Virus record (IMG/VR): IMGVR_UViG_3300009155_000004
Location: 1 to 63,610 of that record
DNA length: 63,610 nucleotides
Strand: one strand, 5' to 3'
Source: a virus
Lineage: Duplodnaviria; Caudoviricetes
Shown: in pieces, positions 27,944 to 37,847 of the stretch
How the letters are laid out: the number at the start of each line of letters is the position of its first letter
How positions within the stretch are numbered: position 1 is the first letter of the stretch
The notes under the pieces: generated by a model
Told to the model about the DNA's origin: nothing
Database searches by the model: none
The model's input: only the letters and a program-made list of their open reading frames with translations
Program-made: the position numbers and the translations under genes

Positions 27944-28218
27944 TAAACGAAACAAAACAAACGACATTAGAATGGTATTCCGAAATAACATCAAAAATTA
28001 AACATACTGCTGTTGAGTACTATGCTATTGAAATATGTGAATTGATGCGCAATAAATATGGAGAAGGAATAATTGATTTAGATGTTTTAAACAAAGCAAA
28101 AGAAATGGAGAAGGAGCAAGCCCAAGCTTATACAGCATTCTGTGTAGCGTGTGATAGAAAAAAATTGCCTTTACTAGAGTTTGAAGGTTGGATTACATTA
28201 CAAGGAGGTAACAAATGA
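27940..28218 (+). CDS. Small protein, KAKEMEKEQ family
   Basis: NETKQT...TAVEYY...KAKEMEKEQ...GGNK. Confidence 0.55.
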   Translation: MINETKQTTLEWYSEITSKIKHTAVEYYAIEICELMRNKYGEGIIDLDVLNKAKEMEKEQAQAYTAFCVACDRKKLPLLEFEGWITLQGGNK

Positions 28219-28379
28219 AAATACTAGAGATACGTGCGATTTTATCGCCAATTAACGAGCACAATCCACGAGCGATGAGGGTAGTATACCCCGATGTCAA
28301 GATTGAATTCAATGACTTTCAAGAAAACTTAAAAAAACAAATCGATGCACGGACGACCTACATTCAAGGGAAAAAATAG
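28215..28379 (+). CDS. Small protein (54 aa, not in ORF track)
   Basis: Starts at the GAGGTAACAAATGA junction. Confidence 0.45.
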   Translation: MKILEIRAILSPINEHNPRAMRVVYPDVKIEFNDFQENLKKQIDARTTYIQGKK

Positions 28380-28671
28380 TATCTACATTATTGACAACGG
28401 GTGCAAGGTAGAGAAGTTCGACAACGGGAATGTTGTGATATACAACACGAGAGTTGGTGGAGACTTCTACGAAAAAGTTGACCCAAGTTATTATGAGATG
28501 TATGAGAGGGATGGATTTGATTTGATGTCGATCCAACTATCTATTGACACATTTAAAATTGCATTGGAAAAGAATCCAAGCAATCAAGAAACAATTCAAA
28601 AATTAAAACAATATGAGAAAAAAATTAATTTCTATCGACCAAGAAACGATGGCAATCAAGAGGGTATTTGA
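28345..28671 (+). CDS. Hypothetical protein
   Basis: 108 aa in operon. Confidence 0.5.
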   Translation: MHGRPTFKGKNSIYIIDNGCKVEKFDNGNVVIYNTRVGGDFYEKVDPSYYEMYERDGFDLMSIQLSIDTFKIALEKNPSNQETIQKLKQYEKKINFYRPRNDGNQEGI

Positions 28672-29122
28672 CCTTAGATTTCCATTTTGGACAAGCATTG
28701 CACTTAATATTGTTACTTTGAGTGTTATATCATTTATTCTATTGAAGGAGCGTTCAATCTTAGTAAAGTACAAGACGATGATAGTGGAGAAGTTGGTCGA
28801 GGACATTCCATTGACTGATAGCGCAATCATCAGTGAGTTGACTCACCTGGGATGTATGCAAGTGCCCGTGGCATTGGCTCAGTTTAAGATTGAGACGGGG
28901 CACTTCAGTAGTAATATATGCAAGCAAAACAAGAACATTGCAGGCATAAGAAATTCAAGGTCTAAATTAGTCATCGGCATGAAGAATGACCACTGCGCAT
29001 ATGCGACATACAGAGACTGCCTAAGAGACTATGTGGCGATACAGAACAGATACTTAACAAATATCAACCATCGTTACGCAGAGGATCCAAATTACATATC
29101 TAAACTAAAACAAATAAGATGA
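28613..29122 (+). CDS. Membrane-anchored glucosaminidase-like (GH73-like) peptidoglycan hydrolase
   Basis: TM helix; ALAQFKIETG, NIAGIR, YATYRDCLRDY and YAEDPNYISKL motifs. Confidence 0.75.
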   Translation: MRKKLISIDQETMAIKRVFDLRFPFWTSIALNIVTLSVISFILLKERSILVKYKTMIVEKLVEDIPLTDSAIISELTHLGCMQVPVALAQFKIETGHFSSNICKQNKNIAGIRNSRSKLVIGMKNDHCAYATYRDCLRDYVAIQNRYLTNINHRYAEDPNYISKLKQIR

Positions 29123-29361
29123 CAGCAGTAGACACACTATGGGACATGATACCAAAAGACACTCAGAACTACATTGTTAAGCAATTCAACGGTCTTGAGA
29201 AAGCCAAAGCAATGGAGAATGATCGACTAATATCTGCACAAATGGATATGTTTCATTTTTTAAACAATTTAAAATCTGGAATGATGTATTTAGAAAAAAG
29301 AGAAGAAGCAGAAAAATTTGCTAAACAATACTACAACGAAACAAATGAAAGCGATCTTTAA
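29119..29361 (+). CDS. Small protein, KAKAME family
   Basis: MTAVDTLW...EKAKAME...KQYYNET. Confidence 0.55.
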   Translation: MTAVDTLWDMIPKDTQNYIVKQFNGLEKAKAMENDRLISAQMDMFHFLNNLKSGMMYLEKREEAEKFAKQYYNETNESDL

Positions 29362-29764
29362 GTTTAACAATGGGAATGGGGCACTGCTCTGCAATTGTTG
29401 TTCGGGCATCATTAAGACGGGGATAGACTTCTCTGACTTTGAACGCGAGGCAATGCTCGGTAATCAAGAGATGTCTGCTAAGTTCTGTAAAGCGTGCCAA
29501 GACATTGTTAAAATGGCTATTAATCTGGCACATGAATATGATGTGAAAAACCATTTAGACGTATTCACAAGTACAAGAGACTTGAGAGTGAATAAGTGTA
29601 AGCAAGGCCTTTGTTTTAACTTGTACCAAGTTAAAGACTTTCACGTAAAGGACATTGCACATCACCTTAGAATCAACCAATCAACTGTATATAAGTACGT
29701 TAAAAATTATAGAAAATTATTTGACGAAAACTTGTATTTCCAAAACTTAGTTTTAACTTTGTAG
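29345..29764 (+). CDS. Zn-binding N-terminus plus DnaA domain IV-like HTH
   Basis: FKFNNGNGALLCNCC, CKAC; DIAHHLRINQSTVYKY. Confidence 0.5.
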   Translation: MKAIFKFNNGNGALLCNCCSGIIKTGIDFSDFEREAMLGNQEMSAKFCKACQDIVKMAINLAHEYDVKNHLDVFTSTRDLRVNKCKQGLCFNLYQVKDFHVKDIAHHLRINQSTVYKYVKNYRKLFDENLYFQNLVLTL

Positions 29765-29768
29765 TCCG

Positions 29769-30044
29769 ATGAAAGATACTAAAGAAAAAATAACAGAAGT
29801 ATGCAACGAAATTAAAGAATTGCTACTAGAAAAAAATAGAAAATATGGAGATTCGGCACTTAATCCAATCCGTATTTTAAGTAAATCAGATTCAGTTGAA
29901 CAATTAAAAGTCAGAATTGATGATAAATTAAATAGATTGAAAAATTTACAAGAAGATGAAACCGAGGATACAATAACTGATTTGATTGGTTATCTTATAT
30001 TGCTTAAGATAAGTATAACAAAGCAAGAAATGGTTTTTTTTTGA
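29769..30044 (+). CDS. Nucleotide-modification-associated domain 1 (DUF1599-like) protein
   Basis: EKNRKYGDSA...RIDDKLNR...DLIGYLIL; promoter motif at 29754-29761. Confidence 0.75.
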   Translation: MKDTKEKITEVCNEIKELLLEKNRKYGDSALNPIRILSKSDSVEQLKVRIDDKLNRLKNLQEDETEDTITDLIGYLILLKISITKQEMVFF

Positions 30045-30250
30045 AAGTAAAAGTATAAGTGGAACATCAGACGTGAGTTATTGGGGAGGCAAGTTATGAA
30101 AGTATACCAGAACGAGACATTCACAATAATAAAGTACAAAGAACTATACCATGTCTTTTTTACTTGGGAATATAGTCATGCATTATTTATTGACCATAGC
30201 ATCTATAGTTGCTACTGGTTTATGTTTAAACAATACCTAAAAAATCTAAT

Positions 30251-30829
30251 ATGAACACAACATTTGAAAAACTATCGAGCATCGACGTAACGAAGTACGT
30301 TGAGAAGAAACAAGGACAAAGTTATTTGTCATGGGCTAACGCGTGGAGACTTGCGTGTATCAATTGCCCGAACACAAGCAGAACCATCTATGAGAATGTG
30401 GATGGCAAGAACTACTTTACTGATGGCAGAACTGCATGGGTTAAAGTTGGTGTAACTATCGAAGGCGTTGAGCACATTGATCAATTGCCAGTAATGAACT
30501 TGCGCAATCAATCAGTGTTAGTTGACGTGATTACATCATTCGATGTGAATAAAGCGATTCAACGTAGCACTGTGAAGGCCTTGGCATTACATGGCCTTGG
30601 TATCAACATCTATGCCGGTGAAGACTTCGAGGAGGCTGACACATCTAAGGACGATGGCAAGCAGACTCAGATCGTGTTAAACATTGGCGATGAGAATTGG
30701 ACGAAGGCAATTGCATATGTGCAGGCTAACAGAAAACTTGGAGCCAAGAAGTTGATCGATCAATTAGCCAAGAAGTACGTGATTGATGACGTGATAAGCA
30801 CGGAGATTCAAAAAGAAATCACTCAGTAA
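30251..30829 (+). CDS. Sak3/DUF1071-like single-strand annealing protein
   Basis: VEKKQGQSYLSWANAW...LPVM...NKAIQRSTVKALALHGLGINIYAGED. Confidence 0.85.
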   Translation: MNTTFEKLSSIDVTKYVEKKQGQSYLSWANAWRLACINCPNTSRTIYENVDGKNYFTDGRTAWVKVGVTIEGVEHIDQLPVMNLRNQSVLVDVITSFDVNKAIQRSTVKALALHGLGINIYAGEDFEEADTSKDDGKQTQIVLNIGDENWTKAIAYVQANRKLGAKKLIDQLAKKYVIDDVISTEIQKEITQ

Positions 30830-31026
30830 TGATCAAGGATGATTGGGTTGCCTACAGACCACTACTGGCAACCCATACAATATTCGGTAAGTACGTCTCA
30901 AATGTAGACAAGAATTATTGTCTCGTCCAATTTGAAGGCGTAGCCACCAAGTGCGAGAGCAAATCAGTAACTAAAATATACGAAAACAATCTAATTAAAC
31001 AATTAAATGAAAAAGATAAACACTAA
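30829..31026 (+). CDS. Hypothetical protein
   Basis: Coupled ORF. Confidence 0.45.
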   Translation: MIKDDWVAYRPLLATHTIFGKYVSNVDKNYCLVQFEGVATKCESKSVTKIYENNLIKQLNEKDKH

Positions 31027-31489
31027 AGAGCAAGTTGCTGATAGCAATGGTGCTCAAGCAGAACAACCAGTTATTAATCAATTAATTAATGAGTTCAGAG
31101 AATGGAATCGTCAATGGGATTTGAGTCAAACAACAATGACTATAGATGAATTTAGCGAATCATTAACTAAAAAGTATCATGTATCTTTAAGCAATTCAGG
31201 CACTAATGGTATTCAAGATTCTAATCTTAAAGGAACAATTGGTTCAACAAACAAAACATTATTGCCAGACAATGTAAACACACCTGAAGAATATTTAGAG
31301 TATTTAAATGCTATTGGATATTGGGATTACGTTAAAAACTTGGAAAAGTTTAAAGAACAAATGAGCAACGAAACAAAACAAACAATAATAGAGTGTCAAT
31401 TTGAAATGGACACATCTACATCAAGTGCTACTAAATGTAAATTTTGTGGCAAAGAAAAATGGCAACACAATAACGGAGGTAACAAATGA
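31007..31489 (+). CDS. Mosaic hypothetical protein ending in a NETKQT...GGNK cassette
   Basis: AT-rich; ends at the shared junction motif. Confidence 0.5.
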   Translation: MKKINTKEQVADSNGAQAEQPVINQLINEFREWNRQWDLSQTTMTIDEFSESLTKKYHVSLSNSGTNGIQDSNLKGTIGSTNKTLLPDNVNTPEEYLEYLNAIGYWDYVKNLEKFKEQMSNETKQTIIECQFEMDTSTSSATKCKFCGKEKWQHNNGGNK

Positions 31490-31716
31490 AAGAGATAAAA
31501 TTATTTTATTATAGAGCATTTAAGATTCTTACTGAAAAAGAAGCAATTGAACTTGATTTAAAATTTATTACAAATCTTTATGGTGATTTAATAAATAAAT
31601 ACAATTGTCGGAGTATTTGGAAAGATAAGAAAGGTAGAAGTTATAGGGTTTATGAATTATTTAAAGAAGAATATTTAAAACAAAATATTAAATCTACCGA
31701 GGTAACAAATGAATAA
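31486..31716 (+). CDS. Hypothetical protein
   Basis: Bounded by GAGGTAACAAATGA at both ends. Confidence 0.5.
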   Translation: MKEIKLFYYRAFKILTEKEAIELDLKFITNLYGDLINKYNCRSIWKDKKGRSYRVYELFKEEYLKQNIKSTEVTNE

Positions 31717-32101
31717 CGTAACAGAAAAAGCAAATGAACTAATATCTACTTTTGGTAAGAATTTAGCAATAAAAGTAGTTAATGAAATAATCCATTCAAT
31801 GCCAACATACCCACAATCAAGTAATTCAAAAATGAAAAGATTAGATACAATTACATTTTGGATGCTTGTAAAAGAAGAAATAAAACAAAAAAATATGACA
31901 AACGAAGAAATTAAAAAAGATGTATCTGTTAGTAGTAGACTAAAAGACATCACAGACGAAAAAGACCTTAAAGTTGTAGAATTTATTTTAGAGTACAGCT
32001 TTAAAGATGACAAAGAAATCTATACTAATGGAACAAGGTTAGTTCCTTTATATAGAGTATTAGATGCAATTGCTCAAAAAGGCGAACAATATAAAAGCTG
32101 A
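31709..32101 (+). CDS. Hypothetical protein
   Basis: EKANELI...VNEII...FWMLVKEEI; bounded by the junction motif. Confidence 0.5.
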   Translation: MNNVTEKANELISTFGKNLAIKVVNEIIHSMPTYPQSSNSKMKRLDTITFWMLVKEEIKQKNMTNEEIKKDVSVSSRLKDITDEKDLKVVEFILEYSFKDDKEIYTNGTRLVPLYRVLDAIAQKGEQYKS

Positions 32102-32109
32102 GGTAACAA

Positions 32110-32829
32110 ATGAACCTAGAACTATTAAAGGATGACGCCAACTATTATGGCGAGATGGGAAAGCAATTCCTATCCAACTCAGATATTGATGCCTTGTTAA
32201 GGGATCCATCAAGTTTTAAAAAGAACAAAGAAAAGACTGTCGACATGGTAAAGGGAAGTTACTTCCATACCTTGTTGATCGAGCAGAACAAAGTTTTTAA
32301 CTTTGAGATTGTAAATGCATCTAGCAGAAACACAAACATCTACAAGGATGCGTGTAAGGATGGTGAAATAAGATTATTATTGTCAGAACAAGACATGATA
32401 GTGAAGATGGCAGAGGCCATTACAAGTAACATCACAACGTACGACATGGTTTACGATGACGTAATTGGCTACGAGGTTCCAATGGTCAAGGAAATCATGG
32501 GACTGATGTGGAAAGGGAAGGCTGACATTGTAAAGGCTGACGTTATCTACGATCTGAAGACAACCTCAAAGATAGATGATTTCATGTTCAGCGCCAGGAA
32601 GTACAACTATGACTCTCAGGCATGGCTATATAATCAATTCTTTGGCAAGCCTATGGAGTTTATTGTTGTCGAGAAGGAAACTAACCGCGTTGCTGTTTAT
32701 GATTGCTCTGAGGAGTTCTTAGACAGAGGCAGAGAAAAAGTATCAAGGGCAGTTGAGCAGTACCACAAATTCTTCGGCCCAAAGAAGACTGAGGACGTAA
32801 GCAATTTTATTATTAAACAAACATTATGA
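32110..32829 (+). CDS. RecE/exonuclease VIII-like PD-(D/E)xK nuclease (DUF3799-like)
   Basis: LSNS, GSYFH, KGKADIV...YDLKTT, YDSQAWLY, FIVVEK. Confidence 0.85.
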   Translation: MNLELLKDDANYYGEMGKQFLSNSDIDALLRDPSSFKKNKEKTVDMVKGSYFHTLLIEQNKVFNFEIVNASSRNTNIYKDACKDGEIRLLLSEQDMIVKMAEAITSNITTYDMVYDDVIGYEVPMVKEIMGLMWKGKADIVKADVIYDLKTTSKIDDFMFSARKYNYDSQAWLYNQFFGKPMEFIVVEKETNRVAVYDCSEEFLDRGREKVSRAVEQYHKFFGPKKTEDVSNFIIKQTL

Positions 32830-33020
32830 CAAGAGAAGAAAAATCATACATGTACCAAGGGGTATATGACGAGATATTTGGTCTATGGCCAGTATCGAAG
32901 GACGATGTGATGGATGACAAAGAGTTAATTAGCCTAATCTACCATTACAACAAAGCATTACAAGAATTATTAGACTATCTTCAAGAAAAGATGGACGCAT
33001 TAGAAACAACAGAAGAATAA
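32826..33020 (+). CDS. Acidic hypothetical protein
   Basis: Coupled ORF. Confidence 0.5.
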   Translation: MTREEKSYMYQGVYDEIFGLWPVSKDDVMDDKELISLIYHYNKALQELLDYLQEKMDALETTEE

Positions 33021-33025
33021 AACAT

Positions 33026-33322
33026 ATGGCACAATTAGTATCAGTATCAATCGACGTGACTAAGATCACAAAGAGCAAGTTAAAAGATGGTAAGTATTTG
33101 AACTTTACCGTAGCACTTAACAACGAAACAAACGAATGGGGTAAGAACGTCAGCGTTTGGGAAGAGCAATCTAAGGAAGAGCGTGAGGCAAAAGACAAGA
33201 AAAACTATCTTGGATCAGGCAAAGTAGCATGGTCAGATGGTCAACTTGTCGAGCCACCTGCAAAAACCGACACAAATAAGTCTTCTAAAAAGAAAGAAGA
33301 CGTGGACGATTTACCGTTCTAA
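33026..33322 (+). CDS. Single-stranded DNA-binding protein
   Basis: OB-like IDVTKI...GKYLN...YLGSGK; acidic tail DDLPF. Confidence 0.75.
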   Translation: MAQLVSVSIDVTKITKSKLKDGKYLNFTVALNNETNEWGKNVSVWEEQSKEEREAKDKKNYLGSGKVAWSDGQLVEPPAKTDTNKSSKKKEDVDDLPF

Positions 33323-33363
33323 TCTAATCACCGACAGACACATAGCATCACTTAAGGTGGTGC

Positions 33364-33535
33364 TTGTGTCGAGTGTTGGGAAAAGTTGCCAATTTCACTA
33401 TATATTTATTTCTTTATTCTATTTTATTTTTATTTCATTTTAAAATAAAAAAAACGACACAAATAGGTTAAAAGAATAAAAACCAATAATTTAACCTCTA
33501 AAAAATCGACATAAAACCGACACAACATGACACAA
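33364..33535. repeat. Second CGACACAA cluster with a T-rich tract upstream of the primase (candidate origin)
   Basis: TTGTGTCG at 33364; CGACACAA at 33455 and 33518 (also 33268); TGACACAA at 33528. Confidence 0.6.
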
Positions 33536-35899
33536 ATCACAGTTTTTCGAAACATAAAAGACACGTCAACACCTTTCTTTAGGCCGATTGACGGGATACT
33601 TGCCCGAATTAAGGAAGGCAAGAATAAAGACATTATAAAACGCATCAGAGAAGAGAAGAACAAAGATGTTCGCAATGTCCTTAAACAGGAGTTGCCAGCG
33701 ATTTGTTTCTCAGGGACATTCAATACGCGAAACGATAAAGCACTTATCGATCACAGTGGATTCATTTGCCTTGACTTTGATGGGTTTGACAAGCAACACG
33801 AGTTGATTGCTAAGAAACAAGAATTAACAAAAGATAAGTACACCTATAGCGTGTTTGTTTCTCCGTCAGGAGACGGCCTTAAATTGATCGTAAGGATTCC
33901 AAAGGATGCAGACAACCACAAGCACTACTTTAAGTCCTTAGAAGGCAAATATAACAGCCCTAACTTCGATGTGAAGTGTAGTAACATCTCACGGGTATGC
34001 TACGAGAGTTATGACCCACTAATTTTTATCAATCAAAATAGTGCCGTGTGGATGGATATGTCTCAAGGCAAGTACGAGGAGATGATAACAAACGTCTCCA
34101 AGTCAACGATAAAGTTAACCGATCAGAATGAAGTTATTAGACGACTCAGGGTATGGTGGGACAAGAAATATGGCATGGTCGTAGGTGAGCGCAACAACAA
34201 TGTGTTTATTCTGGCATCAAGGTACAACAAGTTTGGTATCAATAAAGACTTGGCCATGTACGCGCTTAGTGAGTTTGCGCATGAGGGCTTCGAGATGCCT
34301 GAGATAAAAGTTATCTGCGACAGCGCATACCGAAATAAGGATGAGCACAACACAAGGTTCTTTGAAGACATCGACAAGGTTGACTCAATCAAGAAGCAAC
34401 TTAAGGCAGGTGTATCAAAAAAGGAAATCCGTCTTCAACTGAGGGAGTCAGACATTGAAGACGATGTAATAGATGCTACAATCAATAGCATCGAGGATGA
34501 CTCCCACCATGTTGAGTTTTGGGAACGATCAGAAAAAGGGGCGATTAAGTTATTGCACTATAGATTCAAAGAGTTCTTGGAGGACAATGGATACTACAAG
34601 TATTCTCCTGAAGGAACAAAGAATTACATCTTTGTGAAGGTGACCAACAACTTGATTGACAACACAACGGAGGAAGAAATAAAAGATTTCATTCTCACGT
34701 ATATTCTGAAGTGTGGTGACATGGAGGTGTACAACTTCTTTGCTGACAAGACAAGGTTTTTCAAGGAAGATTTTTTGACCATGCTATCTCACGTTGATGT
34801 TTACTTTATCTCAGACGAGAAGGACAATTCATATCTTTACTATAAGAATTGTGCTGTCAAGGTAACGTGTAAGGATATCACAATTGTTGACTATTTAGAT
34901 CTTGGTGGATATGTGTGGAAAGATCAAGTTATTGATAGAGACTTCACAATACAGCCAGTCAAAAGTTGCGACTACAAGAGATTCATCAGCAACATTGCTG
35001 GCAATGAACCAGACAGAATCATGTCGGTTGAGAGCACCATTGGTTACCTTCTCCATGGCTTTAAGAATGTTGGGTATTGCCCGGCCGTTATCATTAACGA
35101 CGAGGTCATATCTGACAACCCTGAGGGTGGAACAGGGAAGGGGTTATTTGTGAATGCCATAAGTAAGATGAAGAAAATGGTCATCATCGATGGTAAGCAG
35201 TTCAGCTTTGAGAAATCATTCGCTTATCAGCTTGTCTCGGCAGACACACAGATACTGACATTTGATGACGTTAAAAAGCACTTTGACTTCGAGAGGTTGT
35301 TCAGTATCGTTACCGAGGGGATCACGCTTGAGAAGAAGAATAAGGACGCGATTAAGATACCATTCAGTAGATCGCCAAAGATTGTCATCACGACAAACTA
35401 CGCAATCAAGGGAAAGGGTAACTCATTTGAGAGAAGGAAGTGGGAGCTTGAGTTTAAGAAGCACTATAGCAAAGACTTCACACCTGAGGATGACTTCGGC
35501 AGATTGCTATTCAGCGATTGGGATGAGGATGAATGGCTTAGGTTTGACAACTACATGATATCAAATCTTAGGCTATATCTGTGCGAAGGATTTGTTAAGA
35601 GTGACTTCAAGAATCTTAAGACGCGTAAGTTTATTGCTGAGACAGACCATAACTTCTGGGAGTGGGTGATCAATGATGGAACGATTGAAACAGAAACTAA
35701 ATATTACAAACAACAACTATATGATATGTTTGTCTCTGATAACCCTGACTTTGGTCCGAGGGCTAAGATGTCAATCTCAATGAATAAGTTTTATTCTTGG
35801 CTTGACGCGTATGGTCTTTATACGACTGGCATCCTGCCAGAGAGTGGAAGGGATGGACGAGGTAGATGGATCATGTATTATAAGCACAAACAATTATGA
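33527..35899 (+). CDS. Primase-helicase (BT4734/VirE-N primase-like domain + PriCT + SF3-type ATPase)
   Basis: KQELPAICFSG, CLDFD, FVSPSGDGLK, GERNN; Walker A GGTGKG, Walker B LTFDD, ITTN. Confidence 0.85.
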   Translation: MTQITVFRNIKDTSTPFFRPIDGILARIKEGKNKDIIKRIREEKNKDVRNVLKQELPAICFSGTFNTRNDKALIDHSGFICLDFDGFDKQHELIAKKQELTKDKYTYSVFVSPSGDGLKLIVRIPKDADNHKHYFKSLEGKYNSPNFDVKCSNISRVCYESYDPLIFINQNSAVWMDMSQGKYEEMITNVSKSTIKLTDQNEVIRRLRVWWDKKYGMVVGERNNNVFILASRYNKFGINKDLAMYALSEFAHEGFEMPEIKVICDSAYRNKDEHNTRFFEDIDKVDSIKKQLKAGVSKKEIRLQLRESDIEDDVIDATINSIEDDSHHVEFWERSEKGAIKLLHYRFKEFLEDNGYYKYSPEGTKNYIFVKVTNNLIDNTTEEEIKDFILTYILKCGDMEVYNFFADKTRFFKEDFLTMLSHVDVYFISDEKDNSYLYYKNCAVKVTCKDITIVDYLDLGGYVWKDQVIDRDFTIQPVKSCDYKRFISNIAGNEPDRIMSVESTIGYLLHGFKNVGYCPAVIINDEVISDNPEGGTGKGLFVNAISKMKKMVIIDGKQFSFEKSFAYQLVSADTQILTFDDVKKHFDFERLFSIVTEGITLEKKNKDAIKIPFSRSPKIVITTNYAIKGKGNSFERRKWELEFKKHYSKDFTPEDDFGRLLFSDWDEDEWLRFDNYMISNLRLYLCEGFVKSDFKNLKTRKFIAETDHNFWEWVINDGTIETETKYYKQQLYDMFVSDNPDFGPRAKMSISMNKFYSWLDAYGLYTTGILPESGRDGRGRWIMYYKHKQL

Positions 35900-36177
35900 A
35901 CGTAGAAGAAATTATTAAAGAGATTTGCGATGATCACGGAGTGAGGCCAGAGCAAGTAATGCGCAAGACAAGTGTGCACGAGTTGGCGGCAATCAAGGCC
36001 GTAATCGCTTATGTATTATACTGGTATGTCAACAAAACCAAGTATGAGATTGCTGACATGATGCACATCCATCATTACACTGTATGGAGGTACAAAGAGA
36101 TTGTCGAGCGACGTGTAAGACACGAGAAACCACTTGAGAAAAAGTTATTAAGTTATGTATTTAAAGAAAAGTTATGA
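35896..36177 (+). CDS. DnaA domain IV-like HTH protein
   Basis: IIKEICDDHGVRPEQVMRKT...EIADMMHIHHYTVW. Confidence 0.55.
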   Translation: MNVEEIIKEICDDHGVRPEQVMRKTSVHELAAIKAVIAYVLYWYVNKTKYEIADMMHIHHYTVWRYKEIVERRVRHEKPLEKKLLSYVFKEKL

Positions 36178-36344
36178 CAGAGAAAGAAGCAATAATCATC
36201 CTGGAATATTACAACGACTGGAGAACGGGTGAAGACATCCCCATGCAAAAACCAGCTGTAATCACAGAAGCAATTAAAGTAATTATACAAAAATTTAAAG
36301 AAAGAACCAATGTTCACGAAAGCGTGAACGAACAAAAATTATGA
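36174..36344 (+). CDS. Small protein (56 aa, not in ORF track)
   Basis: MTEKEAIIILEYYNDWRTG; ATGA overlaps at both ends. Confidence 0.55.
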   Translation: MTEKEAIIILEYYNDWRTGEDIPMQKPAVITEAIKVIIQKFKERTNVHESVNEQKL

Positions 36345-36604
36345 ACAACAAACCAAAATTAGAAAAGTGCTCATTTACATTTGGGCAAGAAGGCAACACC
36401 AATGGATCAACAGATACTTACGAAGAATTAACTATCGAGTGTGAGTCTGGACTTGGTATAGATAACGATGAAGGTTGTTATTATGTTTTAAAAACAGAAT
36501 CTGGTTGGAGCATAGATAATGTAAATGACTTGCAAGAGTTATTCGATAGGATTAGTAAATGCATTTATGATTCAACTAAGGGACTACCAAAAGCAAATAG
36601 CTGA
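36341..36604 (+). CDS. Hypothetical protein
   Basis: FTFGQEGN...YYVLKTESGWSID. Confidence 0.55.
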   Translation: MNNKPKLEKCSFTFGQEGNTNGSTDTYEELTIECESGLGIDNDEGCYYVLKTESGWSIDNVNDLQELFDRISKCIYDSTKGLPKANS

Positions 36605-37847
36605 TCAGTCCACTGCAATATTGCAGTCAAGCCAATTCGTATACCTGGCACTTGAGGTTCGCACTGGTAAGACGCTGACATCATTACAGATAGCCTCACA
36701 AGTTGGAGCCACATCTGTCTTGTTTGTTACAAAGAAAAAAGCAATTGGATCTATACAAAGCGACTACGACAAGTTGGCTCCTGGGTATAGCCTTGAGATT
36801 GTAAACTATGAGAGCCTTCACAAGATTAATATGTCAAGTTTATCGCTCATAATACTTGACGAAGCGCACTGCTTTGGGAAGTTCCCTAAGCCAAGCAAAC
36901 GGGCAAAGGATGTGAAGGCCATTATTGACAAGCACAGATGCAAGGCCATCTACTTGTCAGGCACGCCATCCCCTGAGTCATACTCACAGATGTACCATCA
37001 AATGTGGGTGCTTGGATCTGCCTCACCATTTGCTGCCTACACGAACTTCTACAAATGGGCCAAAGATTATGTGGACATAAAGCAGCGTAAGATTAATAGC
37101 TTGTTTATCAATGACTACTCACACGGCATACAAGAGAAGATCGACGCAAGGATGAAGAAGTATCTTATCTCATTCACGCAGAAAGAGGCAGGCTTTGAGT
37201 CAAGTGTTGAGGAAGAGATTCTCAGGGTTGATATGCCAGAGATTGTAAGTAAGTTATGCGATGACCTTGTCAGAGACAGAGTAATCGAAGGTAAGAAAGA
37301 GATTATCCTTGCAGACACTGGAGCCAAGCTGATGCAGAAGCTACATCAATTATGCTCTGGCACAATAATATTTGAGTCAGGGGCATCAATGATCGTGAGC
37401 GACTTTAAGGCAAAGTTTATACGAGAGAGGTTTGCCGGGAAACGAATAGCGATATTCTACAAGTTTAAGGCAGAGCTGATGGCGATAGAATTAGCGTTTG
37501 GTGATAGTGTAACGACAGATTTGGCCACGTTTCAAAATGGGGATTGTAACAATTTTGCTATACAAATTGTTACGGGAAGGGAAGGGATTAATTTGAGCGT
37601 TGCTGATCACATTGTGTTTTACAACATTGACTTCAGTGCAACAAGTTATTTTCAGGCAAAGGATAGGATGACAACCAAGGACAGGATGCACAACAAAGTT
37701 TACTGGGTATTTTCAAAGGGTGGAATAGAAGAAAAAATATATAAAGTTGTGCAAAAAAAGAAAAATTTTACAATTTCTCATTTCAAATCTTCATACAAAT
37801 TATTATCTTTGCAGACCCATGTTAACCGAACAACAGGTACAAACTAA
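36567..37847 (+). CDS. Superfamily 2 (SNF2-like) helicase
   Basis: LRDYQ, VRTGKT, ILDEAH, LSGTP, GREGINL, QAKDR. Confidence 0.9.
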   Translation: MIQLRDYQKQIADQSTAILQSSQFVYLALEVRTGKTLTSLQIASQVGATSVLFVTKKKAIGSIQSDYDKLAPGYSLEIVNYESLHKINMSSLSLIILDEAHCFGKFPKPSKRAKDVKAIIDKHRCKAIYLSGTPSPESYSQMYHQMWVLGSASPFAAYTNFYKWAKDYVDIKQRKINSLFINDYSHGIQEKIDARMKKYLISFTQKEAGFESSVEEEILRVDMPEIVSKLCDDLVRDRVIEGKKEIILADTGAKLMQKLHQLCSGTIIFESGASMIVSDFKAKFIRERFAGKRIAIFYKFKAELMAIELAFGDSVTTDLATFQNGDCNNFAIQIVTGREGINLSVADHIVFYNIDFSATSYFQAKDRMTTKDRMHNKVYWVFSKGGIEEKIYKVVQKKKNFTISHFKSSYKLLSLQTHVNRTTGTN

